The notes beneath the pieces were generated by a model. That model searched no databases. It was not told the DNA's origin and was given only the letters and a program-made list of their open reading frames with translations. The position numbers were made by a program, and so were the translations under genes. From Dethiobacteria bacterium (lineage in GTDB: Bacteria > Bacillota > Dethiobacteria > DTU022 > UBA8154), in NCBI GenBank assembly GCA_050948825.1, contig JBMNEO010000010.1, forward strand, positions 52,740 through 116,739: 64,000 nucleotides of DNA, read 5' to 3'. Every line of letters begins with the position of its first letter. Positions within the stretch are counted from its first letter, which is position 1. Positions 19,609 through 28,686 of the stretch are shown piece after piece.

Positions 19609-19690
19609 GTGCGACAGCAAGAACCGTCCCCGCTGTCGCAGTCCCCGCTGTCGCAGCAGTGCGACAGCGAGAACCGTCCCCGTTGTCGCA
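19609..19690. repeat. REP-like palindrome cluster
   Basis: Two AGAACCGTCCC cores in TGCGACA/TGTCGCA arms plus a partial duplication. Confidence 0.85.
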
Positions 19691-19700
19691 TTCCGTTGCT

Positions 19701-20792
19701 TTATTTTTCAGTATTAACGTTAATCTTTGTATTGCCTCTTGCCTGACGCAGGGATATGCTATGTGTTCCTTCTCCCCAGCTTTTTACGGCTTTCAGCCAG
19801 GGTTTTACGCTTTGTGGCGCGGCCAATTCCTGGTCTGTGCTTTTGTGCCCGGTCATCTTTTCTTCCTGAATTTCAAGCAGGTCCCATGTTACATTGCCCT
19901 GCAGATCCCCCTGCCTTAGTATTTCCACCGCCAGGCGGGCATCTTCTGCCGAATCAAGGTACACCTGTGAATTATTCCCCTCGTGGTTTATGGACCAGTT
20001 GCTTTTTACAGCCGGCAGGTGGAGCTGAAGATTCCCCCGGGCTTTGAGGACCTCTACATTAATTGTTTCAGGAATGAGCACGGTTATTTCCTGGTCTGTT
20101 ACCTCGTGGTGGAACAGGAGATGATGCGGGTTGGCAGGACGGAAGATTTTTACGTAGAGGGTGTTCCCTAAATACTCCCCTTTTACCAATTGCTCCTTCG
20201 CATAGGCTTCCGCTTCTTCTTCCGAGGGGAAATACCCTTTGTAAATAGCGGATATTTTAATCTCATCACCTTCGTATGCCTTTAAAACCACTTCCCCGCT
20301 TTCCACTTCAAGGGAAAGGGACTGCAAACTGTCGTTAATGCTGCAAGACAATTTTTCTTCTTCGACTACCCGGGCGCTGGAAAGGAAAAACCTTTGTGCC
20401 GCTGCGAACAGCCCTGACGATTCAAGGAAATAAAACCCCGCGCCGGCTGCCAGGAACACTATGACCAGGAAAATGCTAAGAAAATCATAAGTGAAACGAA
20501 ACCTGCTCTTCTTGGAAAAGGTCAGCGAGTTAAAAAGGATTATCTCTAGCCCGAGAACAATGATCAGCAACGGCCAAAAATTAACGATATAGTATAAAAT
20601 GTCAACCTCGAAAAACCTGCCAAGGATTAGAAATAACCCCAGGGCAATTAGCGTTAACCCCATGGAAAAGGTTCCTACTCTCCAGTATCTTATTTCGCTG
20701 TTTTGTCTTGCAGGCCGGGGGTGGGCTGTTTGTGGAGCCGGGCCGGGGGTGCTCCGGCTTTGCGCATTCTGTTCACTATTGTTCTTCTGCAC
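19701..20792 (-). CDS. Membrane protein, LiaF/LiaG-like (N-terminal TMs plus DUF4097-like beta domain)
   Basis: WRVGTFSMGLTLI, FWPLLIIVLGLEI, then a beta-rich soluble part; last gene of ECF operon. Confidence 0.6.
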   Translation of the reverse strand: MQKNNSEQNAQSRSTPGPAPQTAHPRPARQNSEIRYWRVGTFSMGLTLIALGLFLILGRFFEVDILYYIVNFWPLLIIVLGLEIILFNSLTFSKKSRFRFTYDFLSIFLVIVFLAAGAGFYFLESSGLFAAAQRFFLSSARVVEEEKLSCSINDSLQSLSLEVESGEVVLKAYEGDEIKISAIYKGYFPSEEEAEAYAKEQLVKGEYLGNTLYVKIFRPANPHHLLFHHEVTDQEITVLIPETINVEVLKARGNLQLHLPAVKSNWSINHEGNNSQVYLDSAEDARLAVEILRQGDLQGNVTWDLLEIQEEKMTGHKSTDQELAAPQSVKPWLKAVKSWGEGTHSISLRQARGNTKINVNTEK

Positions 20793-21255
20793 TGTTTTTC
20801 ACCTTCTTTCCCCGCAGAATAAAGACCCCCAGTGCAATTAACAATACCGCCGTTAAAAGGGAACGAAAGTCGTACCAACCGGTGTCAAAATAAAGGGACC
20901 ACAAACGCCCGAGGTGGCGATCTGCCAGCAGATAAGCTCCGAGCACGATGAGGCCCCACCCCAGCCAGGGTTGTTTTACCCTCAAAGCCTCCCATTTAAT
21001 AAGCGGTTCATCGACAATCTCGCCATAGAGGGTGTAATCCCTTGTTTTTTGCAGAGCATCGAAAAGGCCGTAGAACCAGATGATGGGAAGCCAGAAAGGA
21101 AACCCCAGCCGCAGAAAATCAACTAAAAATATCGAGCCGAAAAAAAGGATCATAAACTGGAGCCCGCGGTTCATCGCTCCCAGGTAAAGATGGCCTACCC
21201 CGGGAACAAAGGAGAGAAAAAGCGTTAGGATAAAACTGGGTTTTCCGTGTTGCAT
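20776..21255 (-). CDS. Small multi-TM membrane protein of ECF-sigma operon
   Basis: SFVPGVGHLYLG..RG motif, WFYGLFDA, 4 TM. Confidence 0.7.
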   Translation of the reverse strand: MQHGKPSFILTLFLSFVPGVGHLYLGAMNRGLQFMILFFGSIFLVDFLRLGFPFWLPIIWFYGLFDALQKTRDYTLYGEIVDEPLIKWEALRVKQPWLGWGLIVLGAYLLADRHLGRLWSLYFDTGWYDFRSLLTAVLLIALGVFILRGKKVKNSAEEQ

Positions 21256-21288
21256 AATTGATACCCCCTTATAGTAATCTGTTTTCTC

Positions 21289-21705
21289 CTAAATAAAGTT
21301 TAAAAAATCTCTTAATCTATCCAATAAAGAATGGAAATAGTAATCCGATATAATAAACCGATCAAAGTACTGCAGTTCCCCCGGCAGCCGGGAGATGTAA
21401 TCAAAAAACCCAAAGTGAACCAGGATTACGGTGATGCACGCCGCAGCCGCATAGTGGAGCCATGCCCAGGCCCACACGTTTCTTTTTTCTTTGAAAGAGC
21501 TAGTTTCCGGCAAGCCGACCATGACCCGATCAACAAAACCAGAGGGCGGGGATTCCAGGTTGTTTTCCAGACAGCCTATGAAGAGCTGCAGGCAGTGCTC
21601 GCAGGTTTGCAGGGCTTTTCTGTATTCTTCTTCATTTTCAATCTTCCCCTCTGTATAATCCGCCCAGTTAAGATGTTGATGTTCGGGGCATTTCATTCTT
21701 TTCAC
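21289..21705 (-). CDS. Putative zinc-binding anti-sigma factor
   Basis: CxxC (TCEHC) N-terminal domain plus one TM (HYAAAACIT), directly after ECF sigma. Confidence 0.7.
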   Translation of the reverse strand: MKRMKCPEHQHLNWADYTEGKIENEEEYRKALQTCEHCLQLFIGCLENNLESPPSGFVDRVMVGLPETSSFKEKRNVWAWAWLHYAAAACITVILVHFGFFDYISRLPGELQYFDRFIISDYYFHSLLDRLRDFLNFI

Positions 21706-22243
21706 CTCCCGGCTCCACTTTTTTCAGCATTGCTTTTGCCCTGTATATTCTGGACTCTATCGTCTTCACCGAGACCTTTTCCTTGCCGGCCATTTCCCTG
21801 TAAGTCTTTCGCTTAATGTAATGTTCAAGAATTGCCCGCCGGTAAATATCTGGAAGGTTTTCAATCTTCCTGTAAAGTTCGGACTGCTCTTCGAGCTTAA
21901 TTACGGCTTCTTGCGGATCGAGGTCCTCTGGAATACTGTTCCGCGTGTATATCTCCTGCTCATCGCGCAGGAGGCGATGGCGCTTTTCCTGCCGGCAGTA
22001 ATCGAGAGATTTGTTCACTGTTATGCGAACGAGCCAGGTTGAGAAAGAAGCCTGAAAACGAAAACTGCTCAGGGAGCGGAAAGCTTGCCAGAAGGCCTCC
22101 TGGGAGATATCCTCAGCCGCAGCGGGATCTCTGACAATCTTTAGGGCTGTCGTATAGACTAATTTGCTGTATTTAATAACCAGCGGCTGAAAGGCGGCTT
22201 TTTCGCCCTTCAGGACTCTGGCTAACAATTGCTTCTCTTGAAT
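21668..22243 (-). CDS. ECF (SigW-like) RNA polymerase sigma factor
   Basis: AEDISQEAF, FSTWLVRI.VN (region 2), SVKTIESRIYRAK (region 4); start uncertain (ATT 22243 lies behind the SD; ORF track extends to 22432). Confidence 0.9.
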   Translation of the reverse strand: MQEKQLLARVLKGEKAAFQPLVIKYSKLVYTTALKIVRDPAAAEDISQEAFWQAFRSLSSFRFQASFSTWLVRITVNKSLDYCRQEKRHRLLRDEQEIYTRNSIPEDLDPQEAVIKLEEQSELYRKIENLPDIYRRAILEHYIKRKTYREMAGKEKVSVKTIESRIYRAKAMLKKVEPGGEKNEMPRTSTS

Positions 22244-22547
22244 AACTGCCGCCCCCCTTCGGCCTTCTATATTGTTAGACGTTTTAATTTTTAATTTCAC
22301 TGCATGCAAATGAAGTAGGGATAGAAGTAGAAGTAGGAATATTAGAAGAAATATAGAAACCTTATTATATCTGTCAGTATTTAAGGCCTGGGTATCAAAA
22401 ACAATCCAATTACCTGGTATGAAATATTGCATGATCCATTATCCTACAACAGGCGCTATTAATCCAGCCGGTACAGGGAGGAAGATCATAGTTGATAACA
22501 TGTTAATAGAGCCTTTTTGCCCGAAGCAACCGCTGTAACAACAGATA

Positions 22548-22577
22548 TTGACATATGCTCATTAACTGGGTTACAAT
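22548..22577 (+). promoter_or_regulatory. SigA-type promoter upstream of yqeB (about 200-nt leader)
   Basis: TTGACA-N18-TACAAT. Confidence 0.55.
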
Positions 22578-22791
22578 TTAATCAGAAAATGAGAGAGCAG
22601 GATGCGGGCATCTTCTGCCATGCCGAAGTGCAGAAATAATGGTGTTGTTAACGTGAAAAAAGCTTAAAAATATATACCATAGATCACAGATCACCAACTC
22701 TAATAGATGTTTTTAAAGCTGTTAGAGTTATCTCGGATGTCGGTAGTATTCACAATGCGGTGAAAGTAGTCATTGGAGGAGTTGATAAAAG

Positions 22792-23604
22792 GTGAGACAG
22801 TTACCATCAAAAGTATTGATCAAAGGTGCCGGGGATCTGGCCAGCGGGACCGCCCACCGCCTGTGGCAGGCCGGATTTGATGTTGTCATGCTGGAGCTGC
22901 CGCAACCGCTTGTCGTTAGGCGCAGCGTCTCTTTTGCTTCTGCCGTTTATGGGGGTTCCGTGTCCATTGAAGGGGTTGAAGCGAGGTGTTGCCGGGGGGT
23001 CGAAGAAGCCGACCGCATAGAGGACTTGCTGGAAAAACGAATTATACCCGTATTTATCGATCCGGAGGGTAAGTTGATACAAATCTATCAACCCGATGTT
23101 CTGGTTGACGCCATTCTGGCCAAAAGAAATACAGGCACTTCTATTGGCGATGCGCCCCTTGTTATAGGGCTGGGCCCCGGTTTTGCAGCAGGGAAGGATG
23201 TCCATGCCGTTATTGAAACCCAGCGAGGCCATGATCTGGGCAGAGTAATCTATGAAGGTTGTGCCGCCCCAAACACGGGCGTGCCCGGCGATATAGCAGG
23301 CTTTGCACTGGAAAGGGTGCTGCGGGCACCGGCTGCAGGGGTATTTACAACCCTGAAAAAAATTGGCGACCTTGTTGAAGAAGGCGAGACAGTTGCTGCT
23401 GTAAACGATGTACCCGTTAAGGCGGCAATAAGCGGTGTTCTACGCGGTTTACTTTATCCCGGCCTGGAGGTTGGACCGGGGGCAAAAATTGGAGATATCG
23501 ATCCACGCGGGAAAGAAATAGCTGTTCATACCATTTCTGATAAAGCGAGATCCATAGCGGGAGGGGTGCTGGAGGCAATTTTACATTTGTCATATAACCG
23601 GTGA
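22792..23604 (+). CDS. yqeB: Selenium-dependent molybdenum hydroxylase accessory protein YqeB
   Basis: KGAGDLASG, VDAILAKRN, IGLGPGF, ETQRGHDLG, KIGDIDPR, ISDKARSIAGGVLEA. Confidence 0.92.
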   Translation: MRQLPSKVLIKGAGDLASGTAHRLWQAGFDVVMLELPQPLVVRRSVSFASAVYGGSVSIEGVEARCCRGVEEADRIEDLLEKRIIPVFIDPEGKLIQIYQPDVLVDAILAKRNTGTSIGDAPLVIGLGPGFAAGKDVHAVIETQRGHDLGRVIYEGCAAPNTGVPGDIAGFALERVLRAPAAGVFTTLKKIGDLVEEGETVAAVNDVPVKAAISGVLRGLLYPGLEVGPGAKIGDIDPRGKEIAVHTISDKARSIAGGVLEAILHLSYNR

Positions 23605-23625
23605 TTATATAGCACTTTATTATTA

Positions 23626-23793
23626 TGGCTCCACTGTAAAAATTCCATTTTGATTAACTTGTTTCAAAAGTGGAGAGATAATATTCGTTTTCCTTATTTT
23701 ATTATGCTGCAAACAAGTAAAGACCTCAAAATTTTTAAAAGTGGGGATCTCTCAAATTCAATTCATTAATAATGATTTATGCAGTGGAATCAA
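23626..23793. mobile_element. MITE-like non-coding element, copy 1
   Basis: Imperfect TIRs TCCACTGTAAAAAT / ATTTATGCAGTGGA; aligns by eye in reverse orientation to 42671-42827. Confidence 0.6.
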
Positions 23794-23892
23794 TTGTGGA
23801 ATCAATTATATATAATGCTTTGTCTCCATTAGGTTTGGTAGTATTTAGCGGTGCTTTAGCTGTAGTATTTCAATTAAAAATTTTTCCCGGGG

Positions 23893-24729
23893 GTGTGTAA
23901 ATTGATGGAAAAAGATATTTTTGAACACCTTAGTAAGATGGCAGGAAACGCGGAACCTGCCGCCCTTGTTACGATTATAGAATCAACCGGATCTGCTCCG
24001 GGTAAAACGGGCTTTAAAATGCTGGTTGATCTTGAAGGTAATACATTGGGTACCGTTGGCGGCGGCCGGATTGAGGCGACAGTAATCCAGGAAGCAGTAG
24101 AGGCCATTAAAAAAAATGCCTCCCAAATCAGAAAGTACAGGCTGGATAATGAACAAGCCGGAGGGTTGGGAATGATCTGCGGCGGGGATGTAACGGTTTT
24201 TATCGACGTAATTATCCCTCCGGAATCACTTCTCATCATCGGAGCAGGGCATATTGCCCAGCCCCTCGCAGCCATGGCGAAAATTGTGGGTTTTCATGTG
24301 ACCGTGATGGATGACAGGGAGGAATTCTGCAACAGCGAAAGATTTCCGACGGCAGATCAGTGCCTGGTTGGAGAGATACCGGAGCTGCTGCAGAATTGGA
24401 AGATAACCAGGAATACTTACATTACCATTGTAACGCGTGGCCACGAACACGATCAGATAGCCCTGGAAAAAACTCTCCTTTCCGGAGCTTATTATTTGGG
24501 GATGATCGGTAGCGAAATTAAAGTTCAAACGATATATAATAACTTAATGGAAAAAGGTTTTTCCGAAAAAGACCTGGAGAAAGTGCATGCTCCTATCGGT
24601 CTGGATATCAAAGCCATTACCGCAGAAGAGATCGCCGTCAGCATCCTTGCACAGTTAATATTTGAAAAGAACAAGGCTAAAGCTTATAAAGGGGTAAAGT
24701 TTAAAAATAACAACACCTGTCCGGCTTGA
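23893..24729 (+). CDS. xdhC: XdhC/CoxI-family Moco chaperone
   Basis: GSAPGK, GTVGGG, GMICGG, GAGHIA, VTRGH, GMIGS, HAPIGLDI, EIAVSI. Confidence 0.9.
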   Translation: MCKLMEKDIFEHLSKMAGNAEPAALVTIIESTGSAPGKTGFKMLVDLEGNTLGTVGGGRIEATVIQEAVEAIKKNASQIRKYRLDNEQAGGLGMICGGDVTVFIDVIIPPESLLIIGAGHIAQPLAAMAKIVGFHVTVMDDREEFCNSERFPTADQCLVGEIPELLQNWKITRNTYITIVTRGHEHDQIALEKTLLSGAYYLGMIGSEIKVQTIYNNLMEKGFSEKDLEKVHAPIGLDIKAITAEEIAVSILAQLIFEKNKAKAYKGVKFKNNNTCPA

Positions 24730-24999
24730 CAGCTTTGAAATAATAGTATATTTTTAGATTTGAAAGTTTCTAAAGTTATAGTAGCTTTACTAATAAGCGC
24801 AAGCACCGAGTATTAATCATTAATGCCTACGCATTAAGCGCCAGGTATTCAGGCCCTTAATCCTGAACCCTTGTGTTAACTTATCAATACTTTTTTGCGT
24901 TCCCATAAACAACGATGTACGATTATATGCTATATCGCCGGGTTTTGTGTGAGCATGTGGAGGCATTTGTTAATTTATTTAAAGAGCCATGACCTATGC

Positions 25000-25056
25000 C
25001 ACCGTTATACTTATATACATATAACGTCTCGTTATATGTATATAAGTATAACGGTG
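25000..25056. promoter_or_regulatory. Perfect 27-bp inverted repeat; each arm a ModE-like operator
   Basis: CACCGTTATACTTATATACATATAACG-TCT-reverse complement; each arm contains CGTTATA-N10-TATAACG. Confidence 0.6.
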
Positions 25057-25178
25057 ATGAAAGGCGCATATAGATAATATACAGCGTGATTGAAAACTTG
25101 CAGCGGGTATATCTGTTTTCATTCCACACCGAACAGAACCAAATTATTTATATTAGCGATTGGAGAGTTGATGTCGCA

Positions 25179-25841
25179 GTGAAGAAAAACTTGTTTTTAG
25201 AAGGAAATATCCGTCTGGGAAAATCTGCACTGATTCGAGAAATCCTGCTTCCCTTTTTTCCCAAAGTGGGAGGAATTTTTGTGCAGAGGATATTTATCGG
25301 GGAGCGGTATGTCGCGTTTAAATTGCATCCGATAAAAGAAGTGGCGGATTATCGGCTGAATCTATACGTGAACAGTTTAAGTGAAGTGAACAACCTTTTT
25401 CTTTACAGCGACAGCCGGGGTAAATGGCGGCCAAACAAAGAAGTTTTTGAAAACAGCGGGGTTGCATACCTGAAGGAAAGTGTCGAAAAAAACAAGCATT
25501 TAATACTGCTGGATGAATTGGGAGGGGTGGAGCTTGGCTGCCCTGCTTTTATGGAGGCGGTTATGATGGTGTTAAACAGTAAAATCCCCGTGCTTGGTGT
25601 TTTAAAATCCCGGCGAAATGCAGAAAAGCTGGGTGCAGCCCTGGCGGGTAAACAGGCGGGTAATTGCGCGGACAGTGCGTCCGCTGTTTTTGCGGAAAAA
25701 AAAGAAAAGGGGGGTTACGAGGCCTCTTTCCTGCAGCTTATCAAATCCCATCCGGAGCTTGACCTTTTACGTGTTACCGAAAACAATGTTCCGGAAGTCC
25801 AAAGCAAAGTAAAAAAATTTGTGGAGAGGGCCGTTTCGTGA
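25179..25841 (+). CDS. P-loop NTPase (NTPase_1/THEP1-like)
   Basis: LFLEGNIRLGKS Walker A, LILLDELGGVE Walker B; GTG 25179 after GGAGAG. Confidence 0.75.
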   Translation: MKKNLFLEGNIRLGKSALIREILLPFFPKVGGIFVQRIFIGERYVAFKLHPIKEVADYRLNLYVNSLSEVNNLFLYSDSRGKWRPNKEVFENSGVAYLKESVEKNKHLILLDELGGVELGCPAFMEAVMMVLNSKIPVLGVLKSRRNAEKLGAALAGKQAGNCADSASAVFAEKKEKGGYEASFLQLIKSHPELDLLRVTENNVPEVQSKVKKFVERAVS

Positions 25842-26608
25842 GCGTGATGAAAGAATGGACGGACGAACAAATTTTAAATTATTACCTGGGAATCGAGCAC
25901 AGCGATTACCCGCGGGTGTTCTGGGATGCCATGCGGCCGCATCTTGCCGGTTGCACATCCTTGATTGATATCGGGAGCGGCCCGGGAGCATTTACACTGG
26001 TTGCTGCCCGGGATGGTTTTCATGTTCAGGCGGTAGATATAAACAAAAAAAACCTCGATGCCCTGCAGAAGAAAATAAAAGAGCTGGAGTTGGGAAAGGT
26101 AAAGCTTATTTACGGCGATTGGCTGGAGACGGAGGCGGAAAAATGCGATGCGGCTGTCTGTGCATATAGTTTTGGCGGCAGAATCGGCACCGCCCAGGGG
26201 TTTAACAAAATATTTGAGATTGCCGGAAAGGTTGCCTTCTTTATTTCTCCTTATGCAAGCGTTCAAACTGATTTCTTAACCGGAGAGCTCTACAATAAAA
26301 TGGGGATAGAGCCTCCTTCTTTCAGTGGTGACTACCGCGACCTCCTGCAGTTGTTACAAAATCAGGGGAAGGAGGTTGAGTGTAAAATATTCGAATATGA
26401 TTTTGGCATGCCCCTGGCAAGTAAGGATGAGCTCGACAACTGCGTCCTTTACTTGGGAGAAAAACTGGGGCTGCCCCCTACAGATCTTTTTAAGGAGCAT
26501 CTTCAAAAAATTATCACCATGCGAAACGGCCTTTACTGGGTGCCCAACCCCAGGAAAAGCGCCATGATAATCTGGAAAGGGAGAAGTGAAACAAATGACA
26601 ATGATTAA
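25838..26608 (+). CDS. Class I SAM-dependent methyltransferase
   Basis: LIDIGSGPG motif I, AVD motif II; overlaps NTPase stop. Confidence 0.85.
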   Translation: MSVMKEWTDEQILNYYLGIEHSDYPRVFWDAMRPHLAGCTSLIDIGSGPGAFTLVAARDGFHVQAVDINKKNLDALQKKIKELELGKVKLIYGDWLETEAEKCDAAVCAYSFGGRIGTAQGFNKIFEIAGKVAFFISPYASVQTDFLTGELYNKMGIEPPSFSGDYRDLLQLLQNQGKEVECKIFEYDFGMPLASKDELDNCVLYLGEKLGLPPTDLFKEHLQKIITMRNGLYWVPNPRKSAMIIWKGRSETNDND

Positions 26609-27176
26609 CAGATTTTTTATCAGGTTTACTACCTTTGACTTCGTGATTATTGCACTTTTATCAGCTTGCGGGATTGCTACAAAACCTTTTGTCAGGTTTT
26701 TGGCCCAGATATTTACGGGAACCCTGATCCCCATCGGAACGGTAGCCGGTATCTTTTATATGCTCTGGATTGTCCTGGCCTGCGCTATTGTAAAAAAAAG
26801 GGGAACGGCTATTTTAGTCGGCATTGTGCAATCAGTTTTGGTAGTGGTATTTGACATGCTCGGCAACCGCGGTTTGGCTAACCTTCTGGTTTACGTCGTC
26901 CCCGGAGTCACCCTGGAGCTCGCGATGCTGGCCTTCCCGCATTATGTTTCTACGCTTTTCAGCTCGTTTACCGCAGGTGCGGTGTGCAACGCTACCGGTT
27001 CGTTTATCGTTAGCGTGGTTTTTATGCGCCTGGCTTTTATTCCCATGCTGGTTTCATTAATTGTATCCGGGATTTTTGGAGGAATTGGGGGAATTGTGGG
27101 CTATAAGTTATACGCTGTGGTTAACAGTTTAAAGGGCACGGCAAGAGAATACAGCGAAGGAGAAACGCAAGATTAG
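26586..27176 (+). CDS. ECF transporter S (substrate-binding) component, specificity unknown
   Basis: About 190 aa, 6 TM, D..IIALLSA first helix; followed by two ATPases and a T component. Confidence 0.8.
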   Translation: MKQMTMINRFFIRFTTFDFVIIALLSACGIATKPFVRFLAQIFTGTLIPIGTVAGIFYMLWIVLACAIVKKRGTAILVGIVQSVLVVVFDMLGNRGLANLLVYVVPGVTLELAMLAFPHYVSTLFSSFTAGAVCNATGSFIVSVVFMRLAFIPMLVSLIVSGIFGGIGGIVGYKLYAVVNSLKGTAREYSEGETQD

Positions 27177-27223
27177 GTCAAGGCCAAGAAAATAAAAATA
27201 CTGGTGGTGTATAAGCGAAAAGC

Positions 27224-27964
27224 ATGGAAAGCATGGAGCGCCTGAAGGTAGAACATTTATGGTACACATATGAAGGGGGGAATCAGCCGGTTTTAAAAGA
27301 TATTACCTTCAAACTTCTTCAAGGGGAAGCCCTGGGGATTATCGGGCTGAACGGCAGCGGCAAGACCACCATGAGTTACTGCCTTTGCGGCATTATTCCC
27401 CATTACCTGAAGGGAACGCTGGAAGGGCGGGTACTGGTTAACGGAAAAGATACCAGGGAGATCCCTTTATATCAGCTGACCACAGAAATAGGAATTGTCC
27501 TGCAGGATCCGGGTATCCAGCTGCTGATGCCCACGGTAGAGGATGATATTGCCTTTGCCCTGGAGAACCACAACCTCCCCCGCGAGGAGATCAGGGAGCG
27601 TATATACAGGACTATGGAAACGGTGGGCATTACCGGGCTTAAAGACGAAAATCCCAACAACTTGTCGGGAGGCGAGAAACAGCTGGTCGCGCTGGCCACC
27701 GTACTGGCTTTAAACCCGTCCATTATTATTTTTGATGAATCGCTTTCAATGCTTGACGAGCTGGCGGCGCAAAGGATTATAGCGGTCATGCAGAGGTTAA
27801 AAGATGAGGGAACCACACAGGTTATTATCGACCATACTATGAAAGGCTTTGAAGTGTACGACAAAATTTTTATTCTGGAAGAGGGCCGGATTATCTACCG
27901 GGGTTCAAAAGATTTTGCCCTGCGGAATAAAGAGTTTTTAAGGGAACACAGGTTCTTTTTCTAG
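27224..27964 (+). CDS. ECF transporter ATPase (EcfA)
   Basis: GLNGSGKT, LQDP Q-loop, LSGGEKQ, IFDE. Confidence 0.88.
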   Translation: MESMERLKVEHLWYTYEGGNQPVLKDITFKLLQGEALGIIGLNGSGKTTMSYCLCGIIPHYLKGTLEGRVLVNGKDTREIPLYQLTTEIGIVLQDPGIQLLMPTVEDDIAFALENHNLPREEIRERIYRTMETVGITGLKDENPNNLSGGEKQLVALATVLALNPSIIIFDESLSMLDELAAQRIIAVMQRLKDEGTTQVIIDHTMKGFEVYDKIFILEEGRIIYRGSKDFALRNKEFLREHRFFF

Positions 27965-28005
27965 CGCCAAATTATTGCTGAAGTAATCACGTAGCCGGAG
28001 GTGCT

Positions 28006-28686
28006 GTGGTGGCTTTCATTTCACTGCAGGAAGTGAGCTATACTTACAACGGGCGGAAAGAGGCCGCTGTAAAAAATATTTCTCTTAATATAGAAGAAGG
28101 AGAAAAGATTTCTCTTACCGGTTTAAACGGCAGCGGTAAATCTACGTTGGCCAGGCTGATGCTTGGCCTTCTCAAGCCCCAAGCGGGAAAGATCGTTCTT
28201 GACGGCCTCCCGCTGGGGAAATATTCCCTTGTAAAGATTGGGGAAAAAGTGGGTTATGTTGTTCAAAACCCCAGCCAGATGCTCTTTAATACGAGCGTCT
28301 TTAACGAAATCGCCTTTGGCTTGAAATGGAAGGGCAAGGGAAAGGATGAGGTTTACCAGCTCTGTAAAAAATACCTGGAGTTCTTTGAACTGTGGCACCT
28401 GCGGGACAAGCTCCCATTTAATTTGAGCGAAGGACAGAAACAGCTGGTGGTGATCTGCGCTGTATTGGCCTTGCAGCCCCGTTATCTGATTCTGGATGAG
28501 CCGACGAAGAGCATCGACACTTTTCGGAAAAAAAGATTAAAGGATATTTTGCAGGAAATCTGGAGCCTCGGTACCGGAATTATGGTTATCAGCCACGATA
28601 TGGATTTTCTAGCAGACTTTGACGGCAGAAGGATACACATGGTAAAAGGTGAGGTTGTGGAAGATGCGCGTAGATATCAGAACTAA
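28006..28686 (+). CDS. ECF transporter ATPase (EcfA')
   Basis: GLNGSGKS, QNP, LSEGQKQ, LILDEPT, ISHD. Confidence 0.88.
   Translation: MVAFISLQEVSYTYNGRKEAAVKNISLNIEEGEKISLTGLNGSGKSTLARLMLGLLKPQAGKIVLDGLPLGKYSLVKIGEKVGYVVQNPSQMLFNTSVFNEIAFGLKWKGKGKDEVYQLCKKYLEFFELWHLRDKLPFNLSEGQKQLVVICAVLALQPRYLILDEPTKSIDTFRKKRLKDILQEIWSLGTGIMVISHDMDFLADFDGRRIHMVKGEVVEDARRYQN

Noticed and set aside
19470-19610. Lysine riboswitch or 6S RNA
   Set aside because: AGAGG and GAAAG are present on the minus strand but GCCGAA and downstream lysine elements are missing; no 6S-like central bulge recognized
22792-24729. Selenocysteine readthrough in yqeB/xdhC, or tRNA-Sec among the long-arm tRNAs
   Set aside because: Both proteins look complete at their TGA stops; the anticodons are TGA, GCT, CGA and GGA (all Ser), none TCA
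24780-24900. Moco riboswitch upstream of the ECF unit
   Set aside because: Lacks the conserved GAAA-loop and CCUCCCG..GGAAAGG elements
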